Numbered from the stretch's first letter, positions 29,151 to 38,836 are shown. The stretch is DNA of 64,000 nt from Thermoproteota archaeon (GCA_027492205.1 JAOZFN010000006.1:7369-71368), one strand, 5' to 3'. Translations and numbers: made by a program. The notes: generated by a model not told the origin, from the sequence alone.

Positions 29151-29466
29151 GCGGAGATCACCCCCGCCACCTCTCGACAGGGCCCGCCTGAGGCCCATCG
29201 GGGTCGTCGAGAGGGTCACGAACTCGCGAAACTTCCTTGTTAGGTATGGAGGACCCGTGGAGTATGATCCCAAGGATCTTAAAGTCGTAGACGAGGAACT
29301 CCGGGTGGTCGGCGTGGTTCGAGACGTGATCGGCCCGGTTTCCGCGCCGTTCTTCCTGGTCAAAGTGACGATTCCCATCGATGAGGCCAAGGGCTACGTG
29401 GGCAGGAGGCTCTACCTCTTGGAGCCGCCGAGCATTTTGGCAAGGAAATTAAGGAACAGCGGATAG
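29140..29466 (+). CDS. gar1: H/ACA RNP protein Gar1, with a probable CTG start
   Basis: [25 protein letters not shown]; the frame is open back to TGA at 29122 with no ATG/GTG/TTG before 29257. Confidence 0.8.
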   Translation: MPRERRSPPPPLDRARLRPIGVVERVTNSRNFLVRYGGPVEYDPKDLKVVDEELRVVGVVRDVIGPVSAPFFLVKVTIPIDEAKGYVGRRLYLLEPPSILARKLRNSG

Positions 29467-29482
29467 GTCACTCTAGGTGAGG

Positions 29483-29659
29483 ATGCCAGCTAAGTCGGAG
29501 CGGGCGGCGAGCGCGGCGAGGTATGAGCAGAGTGCGCTGAAACTGATAGAGAGGCTCTTGAGCCTTCCGTGCACCAAGTGCCCAAATCTAGGAAGGTGTT
29601 ACGACTCAGCTGCGTTGGAGTGTGGGGAGCTAACTACTTACCTCCTACGAGATCCCTGA
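29483..29659 (+). CDS. Small Cys4 protein resembling the isolated Fe-S domain of TFE-beta/RPC34
   Basis: LPCTKCPNLGRC-x7-CGELTTYL; SD sequence aggtgagg before the ATG; located between gar1 and trm1. Confidence 0.65.
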   Translation: MPAKSERAASAARYEQSALKLIERLLSLPCTKCPNLGRCYDSAALECGELTTYLLRDP

Positions 29660-30821
29660 CGACCTCCTCGATCTCGCCGATGGAGGCATCCGTCTTGATC
29701 GACTTTTTCTCGCAGTGAACCAGGCTCGCTCTGAATCCGCGGGATCTCAGTGCTTTCACCGCGGCCCGGGGGCTTGGCGAGGGCAGCTTCCTCCTACTCG
29801 CCAAGAGATCTAGGTCGTAGTAGAGTGGAGGCATCCCGAGTTCCTGCGAGAGGGACTCAACTATCTCTCTAGCCTCCTCTGAGAACCAGACGCTCTCATT
29901 CAGCTTTTTGAGGGTCGGTTTCACTACCCCCTCGTCGAGAATGTTCCCGACCCAAAGGGGCCCCAGCTTTTCGAGCCTCGATCCGCAGTGGGGACAGGAC
30001 TCCTCCTTCGGCGGGTACCTGCCCTGCTGGATCATCCTCCAGCCGCAGCGGGGGCAATAAGACACCCACCCGAGCATCTCCCTCAGGGACTCCGAGGCCT
30101 TCGTGGCCCCCCTCTCCACCCTGAAGTAAACCCTGGCGTAGTGCCGCGTCGCATGCGCCAGAACGGGCCTCACCGCGAGGTCATAGACGGCGGCAACCCT
30201 AGCCGCGTACGCCGCCAAGATCCTGAGGCCCGCCTCCTTGTGAAATTCCACCTTCCTCCCGTGGGCGAAGTAGACCCGGAAAAGCTTGTCGGGATACACC
30301 CCGTACAGCACAGGCGTGTCGGTCGCGGTCACGGCCAGGATACCGCCGATCCTGACCGCCCCCACGGCCGCCCAGAGGAAGAGTGAAGGCGTTCCGAAGG
30401 GGTCCACGTCTAGGTAGTCTACTCCCCCGCTCTCCTTGAGGGAGAGTGAGGCGAGGTTCGCGTCCATCAGCCACGCATCTACTGAGCCCTCAAGCCCATT
30501 TCTCCTTATCCCGAGCCTTATGGCGTGGTACGCCAGGGGGTTCCTGTCGTTCGCAATCACCGCCGCGCCGGCCTCTGCGGCGAGCCTCAGCGCCCTCACG
30601 CCTGATGCGGCCATTATGTCGGCGGCGACGACCTCTTCACCCAGCAGGGAAGCGACGGCAACCGCGATATCCCTGTTGGACCTCATGTCGGGGTTGTAAA
30701 AGACGCGGGCCTTGGTGTAAGCTAGCCCCAGCCTCTCCAGCTCCTCAAGCTCTGAGGCGTAGAACCTCACAGCGCCCTCCTCGTACTCCGCAAGCGAAAC
30801 CGTTATTCTGCCTCGATCCAC
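29634..30821 (-). CDS. trm1: tRNA (guanine26-N2)-dimethyltransferase
   Basis: VFYNP.M..NRD, AASGVRALR, DVDPFGTP, VTATD, E.GLRIL, CxxC..CxxC and GPLW.G. Confidence 0.95.
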   Translation of the reverse strand: MDRGRITVSLAEYEEGAVRFYASELEELERLGLAYTKARVFYNPDMRSNRDIAVAVASLLGEEVVAADIMAASGVRALRLAAEAGAAVIANDRNPLAYHAIRLGIRRNGLEGSVDAWLMDANLASLSLKESGGVDYLDVDPFGTPSLFLWAAVGAVRIGGILAVTATDTPVLYGVYPDKLFRVYFAHGRKVEFHKEAGLRILAAYAARVAAVYDLAVRPVLAHATRHYARVYFRVERGATKASESLREMLGWVSYCPRCGWRMIQQGRYPPKEESCPHCGSRLEKLGPLWVGNILDEGVVKPTLKKLNESVWFSEEAREIVESLSQELGMPPLYYDLDLLASRRKLPSPSPRAAVKALRSRGFRASLVHCEKKSIKTDASIGEIEEVVRDLVGGK

Positions 30822-30838
30822 CAGCCCGCGGGGGCTCG

Positions 30839-31375
30839 TTGGCAGTAAAAAACTTCATTTTGAGGGGCAGACCCGGCTCTGGAAAATCTACTGCCGCCCA
30901 GATCGCGAGGCAAAGGCTGTCAGAGGCCGGACTCAGGGTAGCTGGCATCGTGACCCCCGAGGTTAGGTTGGGCCGCTCGAGGGTGGGCTTTGAGGTGGTG
31001 GACCTTGCGACAGGGAGGAGGGCGACGTTTGCCCACGTTGACATCCCCTCGGAGACAAGGGTCTCCAAGTACGGCATCTCCATCGAGCTCTTCGAGCAGG
31101 TCGCCGTCCCTGCCCTGGAGGCCGCCCTCAAGGCTGACGTGGCGCTCGTCGACGAGATAGGAAAGATGGAGCTGTTCAGCGATCTCTTCAAGTCGCTGGT
31201 GGTGAGGTTACTGGACTCAGACGTCCCGGTAATAGGGACGGCTCCGTTCTACGACCTCCCATTCCTTCGGGATGTGTTGAGGAGAGGAGACGTGAGGGTG
31301 ATTTGGGTTAGGCGCGGAGAGGCTGAGCGGGTGGCGGAGACGCTGACCGGCGAGGTTATGAGGCTTGTGAGGTAG
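30839..31375 (+). CDS. Nucleoside-triphosphatase, THEP1 family
   Basis: GRPGSGKST, G..T.EVR...RVGF, V.KY and VDEIGKMEL.S; TTG start. Confidence 0.9.
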   Translation: MAVKNFILRGRPGSGKSTAAQIARQRLSEAGLRVAGIVTPEVRLGRSRVGFEVVDLATGRRATFAHVDIPSETRVSKYGISIELFEQVAVPALEAALKADVALVDEIGKMELFSDLFKSLVVRLLDSDVPVIGTAPFYDLPFLRDVLRRGDVRVIWVRRGEAERVAETLTGEVMRLVR

Positions 31376-31401
31376 CCTACATCCCGACCGCAGGGCCCGG
31401 T

Positions 31402-32094
31402 TCACTTCTTGGCCACTATCATGGCGTGCTTCGGATCAAAGGGCGCGAGGTCCACCCTCTCCAATACCTTCAACCCCCCGCGCGTTAGCCTGTCCTCCAC
31501 CAGCCTGTAGACTTTCTTGGGCGGCAGCGTCACGTCTATGCTGCTAGCTTTCACGGCGATCACCGCGTAGCCACCCCTTCTCAAGTAGACCTCCGCGTTC
31601 TTGAGCAGGATCTCAGCCTGATCCGGTTGGGCGACATCGACGTACAGGACGTCCACCATCTCGACGACGTGAGCGTATTCCTCCGGCCTCCTGGCCGAGG
31701 CCAGGATCGGGACGATGTTCCGTCTCGCGTCGGCCACAGGGAGGAGTTCTCTGAGCACCCTCTGGGAGATCTCGACGCCGTATATGACGCCCTTCCCCCC
31801 GATTATGTCGCTGAAGTGAGAGGCAGTCGTCCCAGACGCTATTCCCAAGTAGAGTATTCGGCTCCCTGGCCTAATGGGGAAGTTCTTCAGGCCGTTGAGT
31901 ATGGCCGCGGCGGGCTTCGACCTCCTGGGAGGCCAGATCCGATATTCCTTCCCGTTCACGACTACGCTGACTTCGTCATAGCTCCTGAACCCCGGGACTA
32001 GGTTCAGCGTGGCCAGATTCCTCCGCCGGCCGTCTTGGATCCAAAAGACGCCCTTAAAGCTCTTGTGCGGGGAGGCCCTTGGACCCCTGCTCAT
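31402..32094 (-). CDS. flpA: Fibrillarin, rRNA/tRNA 2'-O-methyltransferase
   Basis: YR.W.P.RSK.AAAI, LYLG.ASGTT.SH.SDI, NIVPIL, DVAQPDQA and KASSID. Confidence 0.96.
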   Translation of the reverse strand: MSRGPRASPHKSFKGVFWIQDGRRRNLATLNLVPGFRSYDEVSVVVNGKEYRIWPPRRSKPAAAILNGLKNFPIRPGSRILYLGIASGTTASHFSDIIGGKGVIYGVEISQRVLRELLPVADARRNIVPILASARRPEEYAHVVEMVDVLYVDVAQPDQAEILLKNAEVYLRRGGYAVIAVKASSIDVTLPPKKVYRLVEDRLTRGGLKVLERVDLAPFDPKHAMIVAKK

Positions 32095-33239
32095 CTCTTA
32101 CCACCCCTCAGCTCCGCCAGCCGGCGATCGATCTCGGCCCGCAGCTGGTCTCCCACAAACTTACCCCTTCCGAACGCGTCTACCCTTGCGGCTATGGCTA
32201 TCTTGGAGGCTAACAGCCTGGCAATCTTCCCTCTGAACTTCTTAGGAGCGGTCCTGACTTCTTTGGCCTGGAACAGGACGCCGTGCTTCGGTGGCTTCGT
32301 GCCCCTGGTGAGGTGAAGGAAGATGGCCTTTTGGGCCCCCAGGATTTGGATTGAGCTTGCTGGGAGGGACGCCAGCCTTTTCAATCCACCGGCGATCGCT
32401 ATCAGCCTGGCGGCCACTAGAGGGGACACCACGGCGGAGAGGTTTGGCGCCACCTGGCGCATGAGGTCCTCTATGTACCCCTCGACCTGCTCCCTCGTCT
32501 CGTAGAGCTTCACCCACCTTTTAGCCACCGTCGCTATTGCGTTAAGGTCCTCGGCAGGTAGATCTGCACCGATTGAGTTCTTCGCCGCTTCCTCTACCCT
32601 CTCGGCGAGGGCCTTGTCCACGCCGATCCTCCTGAGCGCCTCCTTGGTGATCCTCTCCCGGGCCGTCAGCTCGGCCGCGATCAGCGCGTAGGTGTAGTGA
32701 TCCTCAACCAGCGAGTCGAGTTCTGGGAAGTATATCGAGTACCATTCCCTGATGGCGGGTATGAGCACGTTTAGGGACTTGTTTAGATGATCCACGTAGT
32801 CTATGGCCCTGATAATCAGGTTGTCCCTCTGGGACAGATCGTCCTTGATTCGCCTTCTGCTGATCTCGATTCCAACCTGAGTGACGTAGTCGTTGTACTC
32901 CCTCCTATCGCCCTGGAAACCCATCTCCTTAGCGATCTGGAGAGCCCTCTCTCGAACGGCCCTAGCGACCGGGGAGTTGAGGTCAACGATCACGCGCCCC
33001 GAGTAGCCCAACGAGGATGCGAGTTCGCGGGATGGAACCACGACCTCTTCTACCTCGCCCCCCATGCTTTCTATGGCCGCCTGGACCTCCTCAACCTGGG
33101 GAAATGACCTCCCCAAGCTAAGGAGGTAGAGCGACTCACCCGCATCTTCGGGGGAGGAGAACACCGAGTAGAAGAGCGCGTTTCCATCTCCGTCAAGGAG
33201 GAGAATTCCAAACGGGTGGGCGACGACGTGAACCCTCAA
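32091..33239 (-). CDS. nop5: C/D box RNP scaffold Nop5 (Nop56/58)
   Basis: REWY..FPEL, APNL, LA.LPAS.IQILGA.KA, PPKHG..FQ and RGKIAR.LA.K.AIAARVD. Confidence 0.95.
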   Translation of the reverse strand: MRVHVVAHPFGILLLDGDGNALFYSVFSSPEDAGESLYLLSLGRSFPQVEEVQAAIESMGGEVEEVVVPSRELASSLGYSGRVIVDLNSPVARAVRERALQIAKEMGFQGDRREYNDYVTQVGIEISRRRIKDDLSQRDNLIIRAIDYVDHLNKSLNVLIPAIREWYSIYFPELDSLVEDHYTYALIAAELTARERITKEALRRIGVDKALAERVEEAAKNSIGADLPAEDLNAIATVAKRWVKLYETREQVEGYIEDLMRQVAPNLSAVVSPLVAARLIAIAGGLKRLASLPASSIQILGAQKAIFLHLTRGTKPPKHGVLFQAKEVRTAPKKFRGKIARLLASKIAIAARVDAFGRGKFVGDQLRAEIDRRLAELRGGKR

Positions 33240-33263
33240 GAGAACCGCCCGGCCCTGGCGAAT

Positions 33264-33431
33264 TCAGAAGGGATTCTGACCGGGCTTTCTCCCTAGGATG
33301 TACCTCTTCCTATAGAGGGACTTTATCCTGACCCTGGGCACAGGGGATCTCCTCGGCCTGGCCTCCACCTTCGGAGTCAGCGATCGAACCTTACCAGCCT
33401 TGTTGAGCGCACCGTGAGTTCCTCTGGGCAT
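33264..33431 (-). CDS. rps30e: 30S ribosomal protein eS30 (55 aa; below the ORF-track size cut-off)
   Basis: Manual translation: MPRGTHGALNKAGKVRSLTPKVEARPRRSPVPRVRIKSLYRKRYILGRKPGQNPF. Confidence 0.93.
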   Translation of the reverse strand: MPRGTHGALNKAGKVRSLTPKVEARPRRSPVPRVRIKSLYRKRYILGRKPGQNPF

Positions 33432-33469
33432 TCACATCCCTCCCGATGAGTTCTCTGGATCATCATATT

Positions 33470-35521
33470 TTAATGTGTCGCGCCCTCCTCATCCAACAGG
33501 CTCCTCCTGTACTCCCAGACTATGCTAAGGATATCTCCTCCGTCTTCTCCCTCTCCAGCCTCGCTTTCCTCCTTAACTGGCTCGGGAGGCCTCCTTCTCG
33601 CGGCGACCCGCAGCAGGAACTCCTCGCGAACGTGCGGGATAGCGCCCTTCCAGCGAATCTCCACCGAGTTGGTGCTGGTCACAAAGATTCCCTCCTCCTC
33701 CAACATGGAGAGCACCTCGGGCGGGGGAGGTGAGCAGGAGTGGACGATGGCCCATACTCCTGCGTCTTTGAGAAGCCTCACTGACCTCGGTCCGGCGGTG
33801 GAGGCGTCTCCGACTAGAACGACGTCTCCTTCCGAGAGAACTCCCCTCACGATCGCCTCCTCCAGTGTAGACCTCGAGAGATTCTCCACGGCCTTTATAG
33901 GTACCCAGCCTGGCCCCAGGTCGCTTCTCGCCACGTCCCTCCTGAGAGATCTGAGCTCGGCCCTCAGCGAATCTATCATCGCGTCCCTCCTCCCAACGTC
34001 CGCCTCTAGCTCGCGAATTCTCTCCCTGAGCTGAGACACCAGTCTGTCCCTCTCTAGCTCTCTCTTCCTCTGATGTCTTATCTTATCTAGTTCCTCCATG
34101 AGCTTTGTGATCTCTCTCTCCAACTCCCTGACCTTCCTCCTGTAGTACTCCAGCTCCTCCTCGAGAGACCTGATCTTCTCGGTCTTGGACCTAAGTATCC
34201 TCCTTAGCTCTATGATCTCCCTCTGTTTGGCCTTGAGCGTCTCAACCTGCTCTTCTCGACCGTCTTTCCCTTCACTCCTTATCCTGGAGCCCTCTATCGC
34301 CTCCACTATAGAGGCCCCCCTCGTCAGGAGTTCATACAACCTGGTCCTGTCAACGAGTCCAAGGCCGCCGTCCATCTCTCTAAGGTGCCCCTCCGCCTTC
34401 TCAAAGAGGGTTCTCATCCTTTGATAGACCTTGATCAGCGGGGCGAGGGCATCCCTTTCGTGGGAAGATCCCACCGAGATTCCTTGCCTCTCCTCGAACT
34501 CTCTTACGATCTTGATCTTGTCCTCTATCTTCATGTGCTCGTTCAACGCGACCAACCTTGCCCCAAAGGCCTGGGCGATCTTAACGACGTTCTTCGGTGG
34601 CGGAGACACGTCGGTCGTTATGAGGACCGGCCTACCGTACTGCGCCAGAGTCTCGATAACCTCTGATCTGGAGGCCCTCCTCAGAGTTTCAAGGCCCAGT
34701 ATGCGACCGTAGAGATCCATCACGGCGATCCCGATGGACATTCCCGGATCTATCCCGACCATTATGGGTCTAGGCCTTCTGCTGAGTTCGGTCCTCGTGA
34801 ACTCTATCCTCTTCCTCCAGGAGGGCTCTATGTGAACCTTGACGGGCCCCCACTCGTGCTCCCTCACGACGGAGAGGATGCTCTCCTTGGGCGCGTAGAC
34901 GATGAACTCGGCCCTCTTCAGCCCTCCAGGCCCCCTCTCCACGTAGAGGTCGTAGTCTATTCCCACCCTGTCGAACTCGGCGGACACGCGATTTGCCTCG
35001 CTGAGGATGGCCGCCTCGATGAACCTCTTCCACCTGGCGCTCCCTGATCCGCCCTGCCTCACGCTCCTGTTCTTCGATATCACGACCCTGTACTCAGGGT
35101 TGAAGGCCACCACCTCGGAGCCGTATCCCAACGCGGCCAGCTCCGCGATGAGTTTGGCGCTCTCAAGAGAGCCAGGCTTCCCATCGTACTCCAGCCCGGC
35201 GTCGCGCGCGAGCTTTCGCAGGGGAACTCCCTCCCCGGGAGGACCGGTCACTTGGATGATCTTGACATCCTCAGGGATCGAAGCCACGAGCCTCTTGAGA
35301 GATCTGGAGTCCTTTGCCAGTTCGAATATGTTGTCGACCGCGAGGTATCCCCTCGACATCTGTCTGACTATTCGAAGGATCTCGGCCAGCGTGATCCCGT
35401 CGAAGAGCTCGGGCTCCCCACTGTCACTCAGTAGGCAAGCGGAGTACTTGGGTGCTGCCTTTCCCCTGGGGGAACCAGCCTTGATGTCAACCCCCAGGAC
35501 GGGAGTCCGCAGGTATCTCAA
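33470..35521 (-). CDS. DUF460-type RNase H-fold protein with a long coiled coil
   Basis: LGVDI, LAVDNIFEL, VGIDPG...GIA..D, TDV.P.P..V.K.A and HERDALA; heptad-rich central region. Confidence 0.85.
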   Translation of the reverse strand: MRYLRTPVLGVDIKAGSPRGKAAPKYSACLLSDSGEPELFDGITLAEILRIVRQMSRGYLAVDNIFELAKDSRSLKRLVASIPEDVKIIQVTGPPGEGVPLRKLARDAGLEYDGKPGSLESAKLIAELAALGYGSEVVAFNPEYRVVISKNRSVRQGGSGSARWKRFIEAAILSEANRVSAEFDRVGIDYDLYVERGPGGLKRAEFIVYAPKESILSVVREHEWGPVKVHIEPSWRKRIEFTRTELSRRPRPIMVGIDPGMSIGIAVMDLYGRILGLETLRRASRSEVIETLAQYGRPVLITTDVSPPPKNVVKIAQAFGARLVALNEHMKIEDKIKIVREFEERQGISVGSSHERDALAPLIKVYQRMRTLFEKAEGHLREMDGGLGLVDRTRLYELLTRGASIVEAIEGSRIRSEGKDGREEQVETLKAKQREIIELRRILRSKTEKIRSLEEELEYYRRKVRELEREITKLMEELDKIRHQRKRELERDRLVSQLRERIRELEADVGRRDAMIDSLRAELRSLRRDVARSDLGPGWVPIKAVENLSRSTLEEAIVRGVLSEGDVVLVGDASTAGPRSVRLLKDAGVWAIVHSCSPPPPEVLSMLEEEGIFVTSTNSVEIRWKGAIPHVREEFLLRVAARRRPPEPVKEESEAGEGEDGGDILSIVWEYRRSLLDEEGATH

Positions 35522-35591
35522 CAGGGGGCGACCCTACCTAGGCGGCCGGCGCCCGGCGTTTTAAAGGTTCGGCGGTGGGAGGAGTAGCGAC

Positions 35592-36887
35592 ATGAAGCAC
35601 GTTCGCGCGGCGCCGATCTTCCTCGTGCTACTGACAACGCTGGCGTCAGCCGGTGCCGCGCAGCAGGTTGGAGTCTCTTTTCAGACAACGATCTCAAGCC
35701 CCTGCTACATAGGGCTACCCTGCAGGGTCAGGGTAAATCTCACAGCGACCCCTCCCGGGGTGGCCATCACAGGCCTGAGGTTATCACTTCCGTGGGGTCT
35801 GGTGAACCTCCTACCCGTTGAGATCTCGCCAAACGTCTTGGAGACGACCTTCACCCCCCCGTTGGAGGCCGAGCCCGGAATCTACTACGCCCTGCCCCAG
35901 CTGGTGGGGAGGGAAGAGGGTAGCGGGAGACTCGTGATAATCAGCGGGTCGCCCACGATGCTCAGGCTCAGCGAGCCCGACCTGGTTGGGAGGCTGACGC
36001 TCCACGTGGATGAGGTCACGTTACCGCCAGGGGGGTCGACGAGGGTTAACGTGACGTACCTGGTTCTCAACTTGCCGCCGGAGGTCTTTCCAAGGCTCGA
36101 CATACTAGTCAACGAGACGGAGGCCTACTCCTCTCCTCTGGCCGAATCTTCTGGCAGCGTGGTTACATCGGTAGTCGCTCCCGAGAACGCGAGATATCTC
36201 CTGATAACTGCCAAGCTTCGTGTGGGACTCTATGTCTTCGAAAACTCGACCCTCATATCTGTCGAGCGAGAGAAACCAGCCGTCAATATCGAGAAGGCGA
36301 TAGTACTCATTGAGGCAGCCAATCAATCCCTAATGCAGGCCCAGCTCCTCTTGGGGAGGGCCGCCTCGCAGGGGGTCCCGGTGTTCGAGGCGGGCGCGGC
36401 AGACCTCCTGGCCTCCGCGGATTACCTCCTGTTCGAGGCCCGCCGCGCGGCGTATCAGGGAAACGGCAGCGCGGCCAGACTCGCGATCCTGGCGTTCAAC
36501 CTAACTCAAGAGGCCTTAGGGAGAATATCGGAGGCGTACCTATCCTCTGCGGAATCTAGGGTGGTCGACCTCAACCTGACCCTCAGGCGGCTGAGGGACT
36601 TAGGGGCGCCTGAGCAACCCCTAGACCTTGCTGAGGAGAGGCTGAGGGAGGCGATCAACCTGACCCAGGAGATGAGGCGGACAGAACCGACCAACTTACC
36701 AGATCTCTATGAGAGGCTCGATGCCGTCCTGCTAGAGGCTTCTTCAGCGCTCGAAGAGGCGGAAAAGTCCAGAGAAGGTCGTGTCTCTCGGCTAATCGCC
36801 ATGACGGTTACCCTCACCGCCCTGATGCCGATACTCTACAGCTACGTGGCGCACAAGGCTTGGAGGCGCTTGCTGCGCCTAGGCTGA
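35592..36887 (+). CDS. Secreted, C-terminally anchored surface protein (beta-rich domains plus helical stalk plus TM)
   Basis: Signal peptide ending near AGAAQ, about 9 N-glycosylation sequons, Ala/Leu-rich helical C-half, terminal TM and basic tail. Confidence 0.75.
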   Translation: MKHVRAAPIFLVLLTTLASAGAAQQVGVSFQTTISSPCYIGLPCRVRVNLTATPPGVAITGLRLSLPWGLVNLLPVEISPNVLETTFTPPLEAEPGIYYALPQLVGREEGSGRLVIISGSPTMLRLSEPDLVGRLTLHVDEVTLPPGGSTRVNVTYLVLNLPPEVFPRLDILVNETEAYSSPLAESSGSVVTSVVAPENARYLLITAKLRVGLYVFENSTLISVEREKPAVNIEKAIVLIEAANQSLMQAQLLLGRAASQGVPVFEAGAADLLASADYLLFEARRAAYQGNGSAARLAILAFNLTQEALGRISEAYLSSAESRVVDLNLTLRRLRDLGAPEQPLDLAEERLREAINLTQEMRRTEPTNLPDLYERLDAVLLEASSALEEAEKSREGRVSRLIAMTVTLTALMPILYSYVAHKAWRRLLRLG

Positions 36888-36900
36888 CCAAGTTGGAGCG

Positions 36901-37140
36901 CTATTCCTCTACAGTGATGAAGAGGACGTTATTTCCCCTTATGAACAGCGTTCCGACGTTCCTCTTGACCTCCTTGCTGTGGGGGTCCCTCTCCTTGGCG
37001 GAGTCGAGCACCAGGTTCATCATGTCGTCAAAGCTGCGGAGTCTACCCGCGATCTCTATTCCGTTCTTCAGGCGAACGACGATCTCGCCGCCATAAGCAG
37101 CCTTGAGGTAGGATAGGGGAGACTGCTGCCCCTTCTGCAT
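36901..37140 (-). CDS. Sm-like (Lsm/SmAP) RNA-binding protein
   Basis: V.LKNG....G.L.SFD..MNLVL and FIRGNNV. Confidence 0.93.
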   Translation of the reverse strand: MQKGQQSPLSYLKAAYGGEIVVRLKNGIEIAGRLRSFDDMMNLVLDSAKERDPHSKEVKRNVGTLFIRGNNVLFITVEE

Positions 37141-37219
37141 TCCATATCACCGCTTCCTCTCACTTCTCCGGTGGGAAAGAAGGTAGCGCCCCGCGAATAA
37201 ATAGGTTCCTACCCCCAGC

Positions 37220-37870
37220 TCACCTGGAGCTGAGGGCGATCCTCTCGACCTCTTCCTTCCTCCTGATGGCGTGGCTCCTGGTCCTGTCGTACTCGGCGGC
37301 CGCTATTATCTCCTCCGCGAGCGCCTCGGCCAGCGACGTGGGGCTTCTGAACGCCCTTATCGCCGCCCCCTGGGCTATGTTCCTCAGGGCGAGGTCCACC
37401 ATCCTCGTCGGCGACGTGTCGACCGCGTGGAAGTAGGTCACTCCACCGTACATGATCCTGGTTACCTCCTCCCTTATGGCGGCGTTTTCTATGGCCCTCA
37501 GGAGGACCTTCACGGGGTTCTCCCCAGTCCTCAGCTCGATTATCTCGAACGCGTACTTGACGGTCCTGAGCGCCTTGAGCTTCTTACCCTGGTTCTTGCT
37601 GTTCACGTGATCCTTCTTGACGCCGGCGTTCTTAGCTTGCATCATCAACCTGTTGACCAGCCTCTCTACTATCATCACTTCGAGCTTGCCGAACGGCTTA
37701 TGCTCGTGCCTCCCGCCAGAGTGCGGCAGGTAGACTGGCTTGACGGAGATGACGCCCCTGAGAGCCGGGTTCTCGACCTCGACGTCGTCGAGGGGCCACC
37801 TGCCGAACAGCTTTATCTGGGGACCTTCCTTGACCTCTTTGACTTCCTCGACCCTGTCTTCCTCGCCCAT
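37220..37870 (-). CDS. rps7: 30S ribosomal protein uS7
   Basis: [38 protein letters not shown] and [11 protein letters not shown]. Confidence 0.97.
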   Translation of the reverse strand: MGEEDRVEEVKEVKEGPQIKLFGRWPLDDVEVENPALRGVISVKPVYLPHSGGRHEHKPFGKLEVMIVERLVNRLMMQAKNAGVKKDHVNSKNQGKKLKALRTVKYAFEIIELRTGENPVKVLLRAIENAAIREEVTRIMYGGVTYFHAVDTSPTRMVDLALRNIAQGAAIRAFRSPTSLAEALAEEIIAAAEYDRTRSHAIRRKEEVERIALSSR

Positions 37871-37875
37871 GCAAT

Positions 37876-38316
37876 TCACCTCGTTGGCTTCTCCTTCTTA
37901 CCCGTTAAAATCGCCTGGAGGGAGACGTTGTTGACCTTGATGACCTTGTACCTGACTCCCGGTATGTCTCCGTAGCTCCTCCCCCTGGAGCCCCCGATCC
38001 CCTCAATGATCACCTCATCGTGCTCGTCAATCACGTTCAGGGCGCCGTCGCCTGGCGCGAAGGCGGTCACGACTATGCCGTTCTTCGCCAGCTGGACCCT
38101 GACAGCCTTCCTGAGCCCAGAGTGAGGCTGCCTGGCCTCCAGGCCGACCTTCTCTATCACGATTCCCCTGGCCATTGGGGCGCCCTCGAGAGGGTCGAAC
38201 CGCTCCTTGAGCCTGAGGACCCTCCTCCTGTACTTCCAGTCGTGCCACCTCTTCTCCTTGTACTTCTCTCTGAGGGTCCTAGCAGCGTACAGCCCGACCG
38301 GAGATTTCTTTCCCAT
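37876..38316 (-). CDS. rps12: 30S ribosomal protein uS12
   Basis: [32 protein letters not shown] and [10 protein letters not shown]. Confidence 0.97.
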   Translation of the reverse strand: MGKKSPVGLYAARTLREKYKEKRWHDWKYRRRVLRLKERFDPLEGAPMARGIVIEKVGLEARQPHSGLRKAVRVQLAKNGIVVTAFAPGDGALNVIDEHDEVIIEGIGGSRGRSYGDIPGVRYKVIKVNNVSLQAILTGKKEKPTR

Positions 38317-38371
38317 CATCAACTCCCCTCTTGAGCCCGCTTATTCTCACTCCTCGGCCAGGGAGTCTCGC

Positions 38372-38836
38372 TCAGGCTATTTTAACGTTATCTATCCCCA
38401 TCCAACGCCTCGCCAGTATCCTCGCGCGCTTTATTCTCCTTCCCCCAGATCCAATGGCCACGCTCTTGTCCTCTTCCGGCACCTTGACTATAGCCACCTT
38501 CGCCCTCCCCCTCTTCACTATCCTGACCGAGCTGACGCGCGCCGGGCTCAGGAGGTTCTTGATGAACCTCACCGGATCGTCGCTGTACTCCACGACCTCA
38601 ATGTCCTTCTTCAGATCTCTCCAGAGCATTCTTCTCATTGCCTTCAGCTTCGATCCGTCTCTGCCCACGGCTACCCCCAGGTTTCCCGCGGACACCACGA
38701 AGATGAGCCTGTTTGCCTCCGGGTCCTCCACCACGTCGATGGCCGGCACCCCGAGCATTGTCTGAAAGAGCTGGAGGTACCTCACCTGCTGCTCGGTGAG
38801 CACTACCTTGCCCGGGGCCGGACCCCTCCCGCTCAA
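38372..38836 (-). CDS. nusA: NusA-like KH-domain transcription factor
   Basis: LIFVV, AVGRDG, IEVVEYSDD...FIKNL..PA and AIG.GG..I..A..L. Confidence 0.92.
   Translation of the reverse strand: MSGRGPAPGKVVLTEQQVRYLQLFQTMLGVPAIDVVEDPEANRLIFVVSAGNLGVAVGRDGSKLKAMRRMLWRDLKKDIEVVEYSDDPVRFIKNLLSPARVSSVRIVKRGRAKVAIVKVPEEDKSVAIGSGGRRIKRARILARRWMGIDNVKIA

Noticed and set aside
33432-33470. Perfect ATGATGA C box on the minus strand upstream of rps30e-nop5-fibrillarin, considered as a C/D sRNA
   Set aside because: No CTGA-like D or D' boxes at guide spacing; the segment lies between the probable TATA box and start of rps30e
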